From NCBI GenBank assembly GCA_963785725.1, contig CAWAWS010000002.1:192001-256000 (forward strand): a DNA stretch of 64,000 bases, given 5' to 3'. Under the pieces are notes generated by a model that saw only the letters and a program-made list of their open reading frames with translations, was not told where the DNA came from and searched no databases. This DNA comes from an uncultured delta proteobacterium (lineage in GTDB: Bacteria; Myxococcota_A; Polyangia; Palsa-1104). Positions 32,224 to 43,494 of the stretch are shown in pieces; the first letter of the stretch is position 1, and the number at the start of each line of letters is the position of its first letter. The translations under genes and the position numbers were made by a program.

Positions 32224-32955
32224 TTACTCCAGCTGGAAGTTCGACGTCACCACCGCGATGACGTCCTTGTCGAGCGACGACGTGTCGTTGTTGCCTTCCG
32301 ACGACGTCTCCGTCGAATCGGCCGGGTTGATCTGCATGACGCCCATGCGCGCCGACCGGAGCGGACCGAGCCGCGCGCCCGTCGCCTGCGCGATCTGCTC
32401 GGCGCGCTCGCGCGTGTCCTTGGCCGCCTCGTGCAGCATCTGAATCTTCAGCTCGCCCAGCTTCGTGTAGTGATATTCGGGCGCTGCCGACTCGAGCATG
32501 ATGCCTTGGTTGATGAGCTCGGTCGCTGCGCGCGACACCTCGCTCACGCGCGTCACGTCGTTCGAGCGCACTTCGATCGCCTGCGCCATCGTGTAGCCGC
32601 TCACGGCGTCCTCGCGCTCGCGCCCTTCGTTGTCGCGCGGATGCAGCGTCTTGACCACGATCGAATCGACCTGGATGGCGTCGGCGGCGATGCCCTTTTG
32701 CTTCAGGTAGTCGACGACCTTGGGCACGGCTTGGGCCAGCGACTTGTACGCGCCCTGCATCGTGTCGCCTTTGTAGCTCACCGTCGCCGACCAGACGATC
32801 AAATCGGAGCGGATGCGCCGCTTGGCCGAGCCGGTGACGGCGATGGTCTGGTCGTCGCTCTTGACGCGCACCAACGCACGCGCGCCGATGGCCGTGGCAC
32901 CGACGAGACCGCAGGCGAGCGCGATTCCGAGGCCGAGTCGTCCGTAGCGATCCAT
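32224..32955 (-). CDS. SIMPL (DUF541) domain protein
   Basis: IAVTGSA, AAKDTRERAEQIA, ARMGVMQI. Confidence 0.85.
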   Translation of the reverse strand: MDRYGRLGLGIALACGLVGATAIGARALVRVKSDDQTIAVTGSAKRRIRSDLIVWSATVSYKGDTMQGAYKSLAQAVPKVVDYLKQKGIAADAIQVDSIVVKTLHPRDNEGREREDAVSGYTMAQAIEVRSNDVTRVSEVSRAATELINQGIMLESAAPEYHYTKLGELKIQMLHEAAKDTRERAEQIAQATGARLGPLRSARMGVMQINPADSTETSSEGNNDTSSLDKDVIAVVTSNFQLE

Positions 32956-33023
32956 GCACCCCTCCGCTCGGGTAATACGAGCGGCGCGCCAGAACCTTCC
33001 GGACTATTTTCGCGATCTTGGAA

Positions 33024-34676
33024 TTAGGAGGCGGTTTTGCAGACGACCGGCTTCGGCATCGGCAGCGTGATGCGCGGATGCGCGGCGTCGAACCAGGGCG
33101 CCGTGCGCAGCTCGTGCTCGCCCTTCTTCAGCCGCTCCTTGAGCGAGGCGGCGATGATGTCGCGCAGCGGGTCGCTCTCCAAGAACACCGGATGGCGATT
33201 GGCGACGGTGGGGGCGAAGTCGTCGCCGCCGTTGGCCAAGAAGTCGGACGTGCCGATGTGCAGCGGCGTCGTCGGGGCGATGACCTGGCCGTCATCGCGG
33301 GCGAGCTCGATGGCGAGCGCGCCGGCCTCGCACTTGGCGTGCACCTGAATGCCGGAGACCGACAGGATGCCCTTGTCGTGCGCGAAGTTGCGGCGCAAGA
33401 GCTCGCTCAGCTCGGCGGCGGTGAGCGTCATCGTCGCCAAGCGATTGTCGAAGGGGAACGACTCGAAGATGGCACCGTAAGTGAGCGGGCCGGCGGGCAG
33501 GTCGGCGCGCAGACCGCCGCCGTTGGTGAGGCCGACGTCGGTCGAGGTGGCGGCGCGGATGATGTCGGCGGCGAAGTTGCCGAGCGGCGACTCGGCTTTG
33601 TAGGCGCGCCTGAGCGGCGCCGGCAGCGTCACGCCGATGGCCGCCGCGCGCAGACCGGCCGCCTCCGCCAGATCGCCGGCGATGGCGGCGCTGACGGCCG
33701 CGACGGGCACCGTGTCCTTCTTGACCGGCTCGGGCGGGTGCGCGACGAAATGGCCCGTCGGATGGCCGGCGCCGTCGACCTCGAGCTCCAGCTTGGAGAA
33801 CGCACGGCCGATGTCGTAGGCCTGCAGAATCGGAATGCCGGCGACGACGTTGTTGACGCCCTGATGCGTGTGGCCGCCGAAGATGGCGTCGACGCGACCG
33901 CCTTGGCCGCGCGCGGCGGCGTCGTGGAGGTAGCGCGCCAAGCGGAAGCTGTCGGCGTCGGGCTCGCAGCTCTTGGCGTTGTCGGCGGGCGCGGCCTCGG
34001 TCACGACCGCGAGTTGGCTGCAGTTGCCGCCCGCGTGCACGACGGCGACGACGACGGTGGCGCCGGCGGCGCGCGCCTCTTGCGCGGCTTTGGCGACGGC
34101 CGGAGCGAGCGGCGCGATGCGCAGCCCGACGAGGTTGCGCGGATTGGTCGTACGCGGCGTGTCCTCCGCCGTGCCGCCGACGATGCCGACCTTGACGTGA
34201 TCGACGTCGAGGATGACCCACGGCTTGGCGAACGTCTTGCCCGTCTTGGCGTCGAAGATGTTGGACGACAGGAACGGAAAGTGCGCCTCCGATTCGCGCG
34301 CTTCCAAGGCGCCGCGCGCGTCTTCGCCGGGCGTCTTCGGCGCTTCGTGCGGGCCGACCGGGCCGTAGTCGAACTCGTGATTGCCGACGGCGACCGCGTC
34401 GTAGCGAACGGCGTTGAGCGCGTGCACCATCGCCGCGCCTTCGTGCAAGTTGGAGACGAGCGTGCCTTGGAACAGGTCGCCGCCGTCGAGCAGCACGACG
34501 CGACCGGGATTGCGCTGCCGCTCGTCCTCGACGTAGCGCGCCAACAGCGGCACCTGCTCGATGTGACCGTGCTGATCCGACGTGCCCAAAAAGACGAGCG
34601 TTCGCGTGCCCGTCGTGGGTGCAGCGAGCGCAGGCGTCGCCAGAAACAGCGTCAACAGAGCGGCTTTGGTGGACAT
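33024..34676 (-). CDS. secreted bifunctional metallophosphatase / 5'-nucleotidase
   Basis: TSDQHG, DGGDLFQG, GNHEFD, GGHTH, NGGGLR, PFDN. Confidence 0.92.
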   Translation of the reverse strand: MSTKAALLTLFLATPALAAPTTGTRTLVFLGTSDQHGHIEQVPLLARYVEDERQRNPGRVVLLDGGDLFQGTLVSNLHEGAAMVHALNAVRYDAVAVGNHEFDYGPVGPHEAPKTPGEDARGALEARESEAHFPFLSSNIFDAKTGKTFAKPWVILDVDHVKVGIVGGTAEDTPRTTNPRNLVGLRIAPLAPAVAKAAQEARAAGATVVVAVVHAGGNCSQLAVVTEAAPADNAKSCEPDADSFRLARYLHDAAARGQGGRVDAIFGGHTHQGVNNVVAGIPILQAYDIGRAFSKLELEVDGAGHPTGHFVAHPPEPVKKDTVPVAAVSAAIAGDLAEAAGLRAAAIGVTLPAPLRRAYKAESPLGNFAADIIRAATSTDVGLTNGGGLRADLPAGPLTYGAIFESFPFDNRLATMTLTAAELSELLRRNFAHDKGILSVSGIQVHAKCEAGALAIELARDDGQVIAPTTPLHIGTSDFLANGGDDFAPTVANRHPVFLESDPLRDIIAASLKERLKKGEHELRTAPWFDAAHPRITLPMPKPVVCKTAS

Positions 34677-34898
34677 GACGCGCGCAGCATATGCCGGATT
34701 TCAGCGCGCGCCGCGAGCCCCGGCTATTTTCACCAAGTTTTCACAATGACCGGCGGTGGCGCATGCTTACGGCGCCAAGGCGTCGATGAGCGGCAGGCGC
34801 GGCGATGCTGGCGCTGCGCACGCGACGACGGGCGGGCGCGCGCATCCGCTCGTAGCGAGGCAGCCCAGGAGACGAGCAGCGTGCTAACTTTGCGCTTC

Positions 34899-36250
34899 AT
34901 GAAACGGCTCCTCGTCGCCGCTCTCTTCGTCGCCGGCTGTGGTGGCACTTCGTCGGCAGTGTACCCGCCGCGGCCGCCGGCCGTCCCCGGTCTCGCCGTC
35001 TCCGATCCGGCGCCGTCGAAGGTGGTCGTGCACGCGACGATCACCTCGGCCGGCCTGCAGCACGCGCTCGATCAGCAGATTCCGCGCTCGGGTTCGGGCG
35101 CCTTCCACGCCGTCGGCAGCGATCATCGCTACATCTGGAGTCGCAAGCCGCTCGAATTGGCGTTCGCGCAAGGTCGCGTCAACGTGCACGCGCATGTCGA
35201 TGCCACCGTCGAAGCGCTGGGCACGACGATGGACTTCCCGCTCGATCTCGACATCGCCGCCGAGCCGGTGGTCTCGTCCGACTATCGCGCGCGGCTGCAG
35301 GCGCCGCAGGTGCAAGTGACGTCGCCCGATCCGCGCTTGCGCATGGCGCAGTCGATCGGCGGCGCGCTCGACAGCATTCGGGCGCAGCTGGAGACGCAGG
35401 TGCGCACGTTCGTCTACGACTTGCGGCCCATCATCGCCGGAGACGCACGATCGCATCGCGCGGCCGATCGATCTGCCGCTCGGCGGCGCGCGCGGCTGCG
35501 CGACCTTGACGCGTGCTCGGCGTCGAGGCCGGCCCGACGGTGCTCGCCGACGGCATCGAGAAAGATCTGGCGGTGGTCGTGGCGCCGTCGGTGACGCTGC
35601 CGTGCGTCTATCCCGACCAGGCGCAAGAGCTGCCGCCCTTGGCCAACGTGGCGACGCTGCCGACGGGGCCGTTCACCGTGAACGTGCCGGTGGCGGCGCG
35701 CTACGAGGAGCTGCAGAAAGCGATGGTGCTCGCCTTCACCGACGGCAAGCTCTACTTCTCCAAGGAGTTTCCGCAGCTGTACATGGAGAAGCCGGAGGTG
35801 TACGCGGCCAAGGATCAGCTGGTCTTGAAGCTGCACATCGTCGGGCCCATCGACAAATACGGCATCCACACCAAGCTCGACGGCGACCTGTTCATGGTCG
35901 GCCATCCGACGGTGGTCGACAACGAGGTGCGCGTGCCCGATCTCGAGCCGACGATCGAGACGCAGAGCTTCCTCTTGCGGCTCAAAGCGGCGCTCGACGG
36001 CGACTCGATCCGCGATCAAGCGCGCGACGCCCTGCACCTCGACATCGGCGATCGCCTGGCCGAGGTGCGCAAGAAGCTCTCGTCGGACCTGAGCTTCGGC
36101 GACACGCAGGGCTGCCTGCGCGCCACCGTCTCGCGCATCGAGATCACCGGCGTGCACGCGCATCCGACCTATCTGCGCGTCTACGTCGCCTTGACCGGCC
36201 AAGCCTCGGTCTATCTGCCCTGCCCGACCACCGCCGTCAGCACGCCGTAA
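34899..36250 (+). CDS. DUF4403-like hypothetical lipoprotein (frameshifted ~35440-35515)
   Basis: Lipobox FVAGC; N-half lies in the 33018..35594 frame, C-half in ORF 35513..36250. Confidence 0.6.
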
Positions 36251-36265
36251 CGGCTCGTCGCGCCA

Positions 36266-37439
36266 TCAATTCGGCGACGGATAATTGCGCGCGACGTAGC
36301 AGAGGCCGTCGGAGTTGAGGTGGCCCTGCGTCGACTGATCGTAGTCCATGTAGTCGTGATAGTCGCGCATGACCTGGCTCGGATCGCCGGTCGGGCTGTA
36401 CTGGATGCCGAGGCTGTCGAAGCCCATCTGCGGGTTCTGATTGGGCGGCGATGTAGCTCGGCATCGCAGGCGCGCCACGGCAGCGGATTGCCCGCCGGAT
36501 CGACGAACGCCTGATAATCCACGCCCGTCGTGTCGTCGAGGCTCACGAGATAGCAGCCGTCCGGCTGCAGCTTGGCCAGCGACGCCAGCTGATCGAAGTG
36601 CGCCGGCGTGTCGTGCACGAAGCTCTCCCAGAACGGATGGTCGGTGTGAAAGGTGACCTGCGCGATGGTCTGCGTGTTGTCTTTGACCTGCACGCCGCGC
36701 TCGTGATCCTCGCCGCCGATTCCCAGCGCCGGATCGTTGTCGGGGTTCTGGCAGTTCGCGTAGGTCGTCGGCGTGGCGAAGCCGAAGCGGAAGTTGACCG
36801 TCGTGCGGAATCGCCGAGAAGTCGTAGGAGGCCGGCCCGGTCGACTTGCAGGTCGACGCCCGCCGCGTCGCCCTTCCAGGTCGCCGTGCCGACGTAGAGG
36901 ACGTTCCAGCCGTTCTGCACCATCTCGGCGTAGTCGGCGTCGCCGGCGTCGATTTGCAGCAGCTTGGCCGACGCCGTCGCCGGCACCGACTGGAAGCCGA
37001 ACGCGTAGCGCACCGACGAGTCGAAGGCCGCGCCGCCGTTCAGGTTCTGGTTGGCGATCGCCTCGATGGGAAAGGCCTGCTCGTCGCTGCCGCCTTTGCC
37101 GCTGAGCGGTCCGCCTTGTGCAGGTCGATCGCCCACGGTCCGTCGATCTCGGCCACCTTCTTGCCCGTCAGCGACTGATCGGTCGCCGACAAGTCCGGGC
37201 GTCTCCGACAGCGTCACCTTGTCGAAGACGGCGATGAACTTCGTGAAGTGCACCTCCCAGCCGTCGACGAAGTCGGCGTCGCCGGCGTTCACCGGCGGGA
37301 AGGCATAGCCGCCGAGCGCCAGCACCTCGCCCGACGCCGTGAACTGCACGGTGCCGCCGCCGCTCTTCGTCGCCGCGCCGTTACCGCCACATCCTGCCGT
37401 CGCTACTGCCAGGGCCGCTACGATCCATGAAACGCGCAT
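36266..37439 (-). CDS. hypothetical lipoprotein of the TBDR operon (several frameshifts)
   Basis: GAGGAG RBS, lipobox ATAGC; fragments FVDGWEVHF, TFHTDHPFWES, TQGHLNSDGLC. Confidence 0.65.
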
Positions 37440-37459
37440 CGCTGTTGCTCCTCTTTCGT

Positions 37460-38331
37460 TCACTGCGGGTTGGACACGTCGAACTGATAGACCCGAAGGT
37501 CCGGCTTGCCCGGTGGCGGCGGCCCTGCGTTGGAGGTGAAGCCGCTGAACAGCTGCAAGCCGAAGACGCTCGAGTCGTTGGGGATGGTCAGCGTCGTCGT
37601 CGCGCCGGTCGGCGCCCAGGTCTCGAAGTCGACGCTGTTGAAGATGTTGGCGAGGTTGACGCGCATCGTGAGCGTGCCGCCGTTGTCAATGGTGACGCCG
37701 GTCGTGACGCCTTCTGCAACGAGCGGCGGGCGACGATGCGCTGAAGGCAGATCGGATGCTGGCCCGGCGTCGCCACGCTCGACGGCGCCTGCGCGTGATT
37801 GCTGCCGATGGTGACGAGGCCGGTGAACGGCCACGACAGCCCATCTTTTTCGGCGGTGCCGGCGACTTGCAGGAGCGGCGTCTCGTCGTCGGCGGCGTTG
37901 ATGTCGCCGCCGCTCAGCCACACGTCGGCGGTGAAGGCTTGGTTGAGCGTGCCGTCGCCGGGCGTGGGAAACGGCACCAGCGCGCCCGACAAGAGGTCGA
38001 GCGTCGACGCCGCAGCTGTTGGTGCTGGCGCAGGCGCCGAAGACTTCGTCGACGTAGACGCCGGGCAAGATGCACGGCTGCGTCCGGGCTGCCCGAGCGA
38101 CGGGACGAGCTGGTTGAAGTAGACGGCGCCGACGTGGAAGCGCGCCTCGGTCAGCGCAGATGTCGTAGCCGTTCCCGCTCGTGAACGAGAACGGCTGCGC
38201 CGGCGACGACGCCTGCCGGGCCCGCCGGCGCGCGCCGCGAACGTAGACCAGGCCGCTGCCGGTCGTGCCGTTGCAGCCGGCCACAGCGCGACGGCGCCCA
38301 CAAGTAAACAAGCGTTTACAACGCGCCTCAT
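37460..38331 (-). CDS. hypothetical lipoprotein of the TBDR operon (several frameshifts)
   Basis: ATG at 38331 overlapping the receptor stop; fragments VAGCNGTTGSGLV, HVGAVYFN, PCILPGVYV, PGQHPICLQRIV. Confidence 0.6.
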
Positions 38332-40927
38332 CGGCGATCTCCGTAGTGAAGCGACGAGCGACCACAAGAACGTCAGCGGCGCGCCGGCGGTGAAGGCGCG
38401 CGCCGGCACCAGCGTCGGCTGCGTCTGCGAGTGGAAGTCGGAGGCGTAGTTGTATTCGCCGAGCCGATACTTCGTGTCGAGCAGGTTCTGCGCCGCGATG
38501 CCCGTCTCGACGAACCACCAGCGCAAGCGTGACGCCGGCGTCGACGGTGAAGATGGTCTGCGAGCGCTCGCCATAGGGCAGCGGGCGCGGGCCGACGTAG
38601 GTGACGCCGAGCGCGCAGCGAGCGCGAACAGCGCGTGCTCGTGCCAGCGCGTCCAGCGCCACGGCAGCGTGCCGAAGAGCGCGCCGTCGCCGCGCAAGCA
38701 CCAGGTCGGGCACGTAAGGGACGAGGAGGCTCGTGCCTTGCGTAGGTCGCGCGCACCCACGTCAGGTTGGCGCCGACGTCGTAGAAGCGGCCGATCGGCG
38801 CGCAAGCGTCGAGGCGGAGCCGATGCGCGTGGTCGGACCGTCGAGCTGCACGCTGTCCCGACGTCGGCTGGAAGATGAGATCGTGGTCGACGTTGGTGTT
38901 GAAGACGACCGAGCTGAGCGACAGGTCGATGGCGCCTCGCGGAAGCGGTTGCGCGTAGCTGAGGCCGCCTTCGTACGAGCCGTGATGTGCGCGAACGGCG
39001 TCTTGGCGTCCTGCGTGATGTAGATGGGATCGATCGAGCGCACGCCCTCGCCCGCCGACGCCGGTGCGCGAGAGGCCCCAAAACGGCCCGACGAGGACGC
39101 TGCCGCGCGGCATGTAGGCCAGCGACGCCGTCGACGCGCGCTGCGTCGGCTCGCGGTAGGCGCCCATGTTCTCCTCGCTCAGGCAGCTCTGGCCGTAGAG
39201 CGGCTCGGTCGGGTTCGGGATGCTCGACCGTCCTGCACGGCGCAGTTGTTCTGCACGTCGAACGTGAAGAGATCGCCGCGCACGCCGCCGCGCAGCGCCA
39301 GCCAGCGCACCGGCCGCAGGTTGACGTCGGCGTAGAGGCCGATGTCGCCGAGCCGGAAAGTCGTTGTCGACGTCGGTTTGGTACGGGTGGCCGGTCGCCG
39401 CTTCGATGCGCTGCTGGATGCCGGAGCCGAAGTCGCCGCGCGCGAAGTAGCCGATCTCGATCTCCTGCAGCTGCTTGAGGACGACGCCCGACAGCCGCGC
39501 CGAGCCGCGCAGACCGACGGTCTCCTCCATGATGTTGAGGTCGACGAGATCGCCGCGCTGGCCGTGCGACGGCTGCAGCGGGCTCTGCACGTCGAGCAGA
39601 AAGCCGGTGAAGTTCTCGCGCAGACGCAGCGGCCGCACGATGCCGAAGACCAGGTTCTCGGTGCGAACGTGCTCGCCCTTGTGCGACACCGCGACGCCGA
39701 CCGAGTAGCGCTGCGCGTCCTCGCCCTGCAGCGGATCTTCGGTGCAGTAGAAGCAGACGCGGCCGGAGCGATAGTCGTCGTCGCGCACGACGCCGGCCGA
39801 GTGGAAGCTGGAGATGTACGCCTGCGCGAACAAGCCGGTAGCGCGTGGCGCCGCTGCCGCCTTCGTATTGCGCCATGGCCGAGCCGCGCTCGCCCGAGCG
39901 GTTCTGACCGTAGCCGGCGGTCTGAATAGAGCTCGACGGCGGCGAAGGTGCTCGTCGCTCATGTGCTGCGGGCCGTACAGGAGCAGCATGCGATTGGTGC
40001 CGTAGTTTCCCGTCGAGAACTTGGCCGTCAGCCCGCGCTCGGCGAGGCCGAGGTGGTAGTCGGCCGAGCCGGCGACGGCGTAGTTGCCCTGGCGCGGATC
40101 GAACGGCCCTTCGAGCACGCGCAGCGACTGGACGAGCTCGGGGATGATGAAGTGCAGGTCGGAGTAGCCGTTGCCGTGCAGGTTGCCCGACTCGTTGATG
40201 GGAATGCCGTCGACGGTGAACTCGATGTCCTGACCTTCGCGCGCGTCGAAGCCGCGCAAGAAGACCTGCTCGGCGTGGCCTTCGCCGCCTTCGTTGGTGA
40301 GCAGGATGCCGGGCGCGAGCTTGAGGAACTCGGCGGCGTTCGCCGCGCGGCACGAGCGCCAGCGCGCCGACGTCGACGTGGTAGTCGGAGGCGCCGCGGC
40401 TCGGTGGCGCCTTGATGTGCCCGGTGACGTCGGACGCGTAGGTGCGCTCCGCGCCGGGCAACGACGCGGCAGCTCGGGCGCGCCGGCGGCTCGGCGGCAG
40501 GCGCCGCGGTCGGCGGCGGCGGGCTGGCCGCGGCTCGGCGTCGGCGCGACGGGAGCGGAGCGGCCGGCGTCGGCGCGGCGTCGGGCGCGTGGCCGTGGCG
40601 AAAGTGGAACGGGATGCGCACCTGGCTCTCGATGGGCTTGCCGTTGCGCAGCGCCGGCGTGAACGTCCATTGCCGCGCCGCCGCCAACGCCGCGTCGTCG
40701 AACGGGTCGCCGGCGTGCTCGGCGACCTCGACGGCGGTGACCTCGCCATGCACGCCGACCGTCGCCAAGACGACGACGTCGGCTTCGCGCGCCTCGGCGT
40801 CGGCCGGGTATTCGGCTTTGACGCCGTGCACGACCGCGGGCGGCGTCAAGACGTCGGCCGCCTGCGCCGACGCGACGGCGGACCAGGCGACGACGAGCGC
40901 GACGACCGGCGCCCACGACAGGCGCAC
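38328..40927 (-). CDS. TonB-dependent outer-membrane receptor with N-terminal TonB_C domain (many frameshifts)
   Basis: FDDAALAAARQWTFTP (TonB_C); plug LAPG...GEGHAEQVFLRGFDAREGQD, PELVQSLRVLEGPF; C-terminal NLLDTKY...GAPLT; start approximate. Confidence 0.85.
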
Positions 40928-41205
40928 CCACTGCAACAACTGATCGACCGGCGCGCACGCCAATCTTGCGAGCGAACGAGACTGCACGGCGCAACTCCTC
41001 GCGAAGCAATCGCTCCGCGTTCAATGGCGAATCCGACTGTGGCAAGCGCGCACGGCGAAACGCGTGCACGAAACGGCCGCGACCGACGACGACGGTGGCG
41101 CGACGCAGGGCTGGTACCGCGCGCGTACGCCGTCGACGAGGGTCGACGTGCACGCGGCGCGCCCGAGCGTCAGCGCTTCACCTCAGGGCGAAGTCGGAGA
41201 CGGCG

Positions 41206-41637
41206 TTAGGAGGCGAGCGGCGGAGAGCTTTTGGGCGCGAGCGAGAGCAGAGCGATGGCGGGTGCGGGCGTGACGTGCGCGGCCAGGACGAAGGCGCGCG
41301 GGTCGGCGGTCGCCGGCGGCAGCACGCGAGCGTGCGACTCCGGCAGCGCGCGCTGGCGGCGGAACGCGGCCAGCGGGCAGTGCTCGTGGCCGTGGCCGGG
41401 CTCGCCCGACGCCGCGATGTGCGGCTCGGTGACCGGCTTGGCGTCGGCGACGGCCGGCGCGCCCGAGTCGCGCGCGACGTCAATCTGCTCGCCGTGCTCC
41501 AAGCAGGTGACGTGCTGGACCACCGCCAAGTGGGCGACGCTGCCCAGCTGCGCGACGAGCGACAGCGCGGCGATGAGCCCGGCGGCGAAGCGCGCGCGCG
41601 GTGCGTTGCGGCGGTTATGCAGGCTACCGAACAACAT
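41206..41637 (-). CDS. DUF2946-like upstream ORF
   Basis: Signal/TM segment, HLAVVQHVTCLEHGE, HGHEHCPL, C-terminal LAPKSSPP; lies just upstream of the TBDR. Confidence 0.65.
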   Translation of the reverse strand: MLFGSLHNRRNAPRARFAAGLIAALSLVAQLGSVAHLAVVQHVTCLEHGEQIDVARDSGAPAVADAKPVTEPHIAASGEPGHGHEHCPLAAFRRQRALPESHARVLPPATADPRAFVLAAHVTPAPAIALLSLAPKSSPPLAS

Positions 41638-41705
41638 TCAGATCAGCATTCGGTCTACGCGATCGCAGACGCAGAAGTCAAGCCGACGCCTGCAACATCG
41701 TCGCG

Positions 41706-42731
41706 TCAGCGACGGCTGACTTGCACCGGCCGCCCCGCTTCCTTCTTGTGCAGCTTGGGCCGCTTGACGTCGAACGACGGCTTTTGGTTGGGATCGCAGT
41801 TGGGGGCAAAGCCGGCGGCGTTGAAGTGATACTCGAGGCTGCCGGCGCCGCGCCCTTTGACGTCGGCCTCGATGCGCACGTCGTGCTCACCGGCGCGCGC
41901 CGGCGAGCAGTAGCTGAACAGGTAGAACGACTTCGTGTACGCCTCGACGGCGGCCGCGATCTGGTCGAACGCCGCCTTGACCGCTTGCGGATCGCGCGAC
42001 GTCACCGAGCCGGCGCGACCGATGGCGCGCAATTCACCGGGATCGATCTCGGCGCCGACACCGATGACGAAGACGCCGATCTGCCCTTTGACGTCGTCGA
42101 GCGCCTTCATGAGATCCTCGCGCGACACCCGATGCGCGTGGTCGGTGCCGTCGGTGAAGACGACGAGCGTGCCGAACTTGAGCGGCTGCGGCGCGTGCTC
42201 CATCTGCTTGCCCAACACACCCAAGGCTTCGATGACGGCGCCGTTCAAGTTGGTCGACGGATCGCGCGGCTTGTAGTGCGCCAGGGCGTCGATGCCGCCT
42301 TTGACCGAGCCGCCGCCGGAGGTGAAGCCGACGATGGGATGAATCTCCTTCTCGCCGGCGAAGGCGTAGACGGCGACCTCTTGCGTCTTCGAGACGCGAT
42401 CGGTGAACTGCGAGGCCGCTTCGGTGAGCTGCCCGATGGCGCCCGAGCCGGTCACCGAGCCGGAGACGTCCATCAGCAAGAGCGTGTACTGCACGGCGGC
42501 GACTTCGGGGTTCAGGATCGTCTGCTTCGACTCGAAGGGCGAGACGAGCTTGCCGTCTTCGTAGACGTGGAACTGATCGGCGGCCAGGTTGGCGACGCCG
42601 ACGTCTTTGTGATCGACGACCGAGAAGTAGACGGCGACGTTGGACGGCTTGCGGACGCTGGCGTCGACGAGGCCGAGCTTGAGACCACAGCCGCACAAGA
42701 GCAGCGACGAGATGACGAGCGCGCGATTCAT
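41706..42731 (-). CDS. VWA domain lipoprotein
   Basis: Lipobox LCGC, MIDAS DVSGS, STNL, VFTDG. Confidence 0.8.
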   Translation of the reverse strand: MNRALVISSLLLCGCGLKLGLVDASVRKPSNVAVYFSVVDHKDVGVANLAADQFHVYEDGKLVSPFESKQTILNPEVAAVQYTLLLMDVSGSVTGSGAIGQLTEAASQFTDRVSKTQEVAVYAFAGEKEIHPIVGFTSGGGSVKGGIDALAHYKPRDPSTNLNGAVIEALGVLGKQMEHAPQPLKFGTLVVFTDGTDHAHRVSREDLMKALDDVKGQIGVFVIGVGAEIDPGELRAIGRAGSVTSRDPQAVKAAFDQIAAAVEAYTKSFYLFSYCSPARAGEHDVRIEADVKGRGAGSLEYHFNAAGFAPNCDPNQKPSFDVKRPKLHKKEAGRPVQVSRR

Positions 42732-42828
42732 GGCGCCGACCGTAGCACGCAACCTCCGCGACGGATCAAGCGGCGCGCGATATGGCGAGGCCAAGCCACG
42801 CCCAGCTCCACCTAGCCCAGCGCAAATA

Positions 42829-43470
42829 TTACAGCAGCGAGAGCTGGCCGCGTGGCCGCACGGCGTCGAGGAGCGTCGCGTCATCGTTCGTCGTCAGGCC
42901 GACGCGCGGCGAGACCGGCGTCGCCGTCAGCGTTCCGTCGGGCGCGGGGACGAGCACGTCGAGCGCCGGGCGCGCCAGCCACTCGGCCACGCACGCCGGC
43001 GTCAGCAGCACCGGCATGCGGTCGTGCACCGCGCGCGCCTCGGCGTTGGCGGCCGCGGTGACGACGACGAAGCGGGCGCCGTCGGGGCTCGGCTCCCATA
43101 AGCCGGCGAACGCGAGCAGGCGATCGTCGGGCGCGTGGAACCAATAGGGCTGCCCGCCTTGCCACTCGAAGTAGCCGTCGGCGGGCACGACACAGCGGCG
43201 CTCGCGTAGGGCGTCGGCGAAGCGCGCGCGCTCGGCCAGCGACTCGGCGCGACCGTTGATGATGGGCCGGCCGTCGCGCGACGCAAAACCCCACGCGGCG
43301 CGCGACAACGTGCGGCGTCTGCCGTCCGCGCGCACGATCGGATGCGGCTGCGCCGGCGCGACGTTGAAGCGCGGACGCCAATCCTCCGCGTCGGCCGAGT
43401 CGGCATCGGCGCCGAGCAGTCGAGCGATGGCGCGCCAATCGGGCTTTTGCAGCGTCATGCGACCGCACAT
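42829..43470 (-). CDS. SOS response-associated peptidase (SRAP/YedK/HMCES family)
   Basis: N-terminal MCGR, RFNVAP, INGRAES, DGYFEW, HDRMP. Confidence 0.92.
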   Translation of the reverse strand: MCGRMTLQKPDWRAIARLLGADADSADAEDWRPRFNVAPAQPHPIVRADGRRRTLSRAAWGFASRDGRPIINGRAESLAERARFADALRERRCVVPADGYFEWQGGQPYWFHAPDDRLLAFAGLWEPSPDGARFVVVTAAANAEARAVHDRMPVLLTPACVAEWLARPALDVLVPAPDGTLTATPVSPRVGLTTNDDATLLDAVRPRGQLSLL

Positions 43471-43494
43471 GCGCCAAGTCTAACCGAGGTTCCG

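Noticed and set aside
42829..43470. SRAP gene as a prophage or SOS mutagenesis cassette marker
   Set aside because: No phage, integrase, imuABC or umuDC genes nearby.
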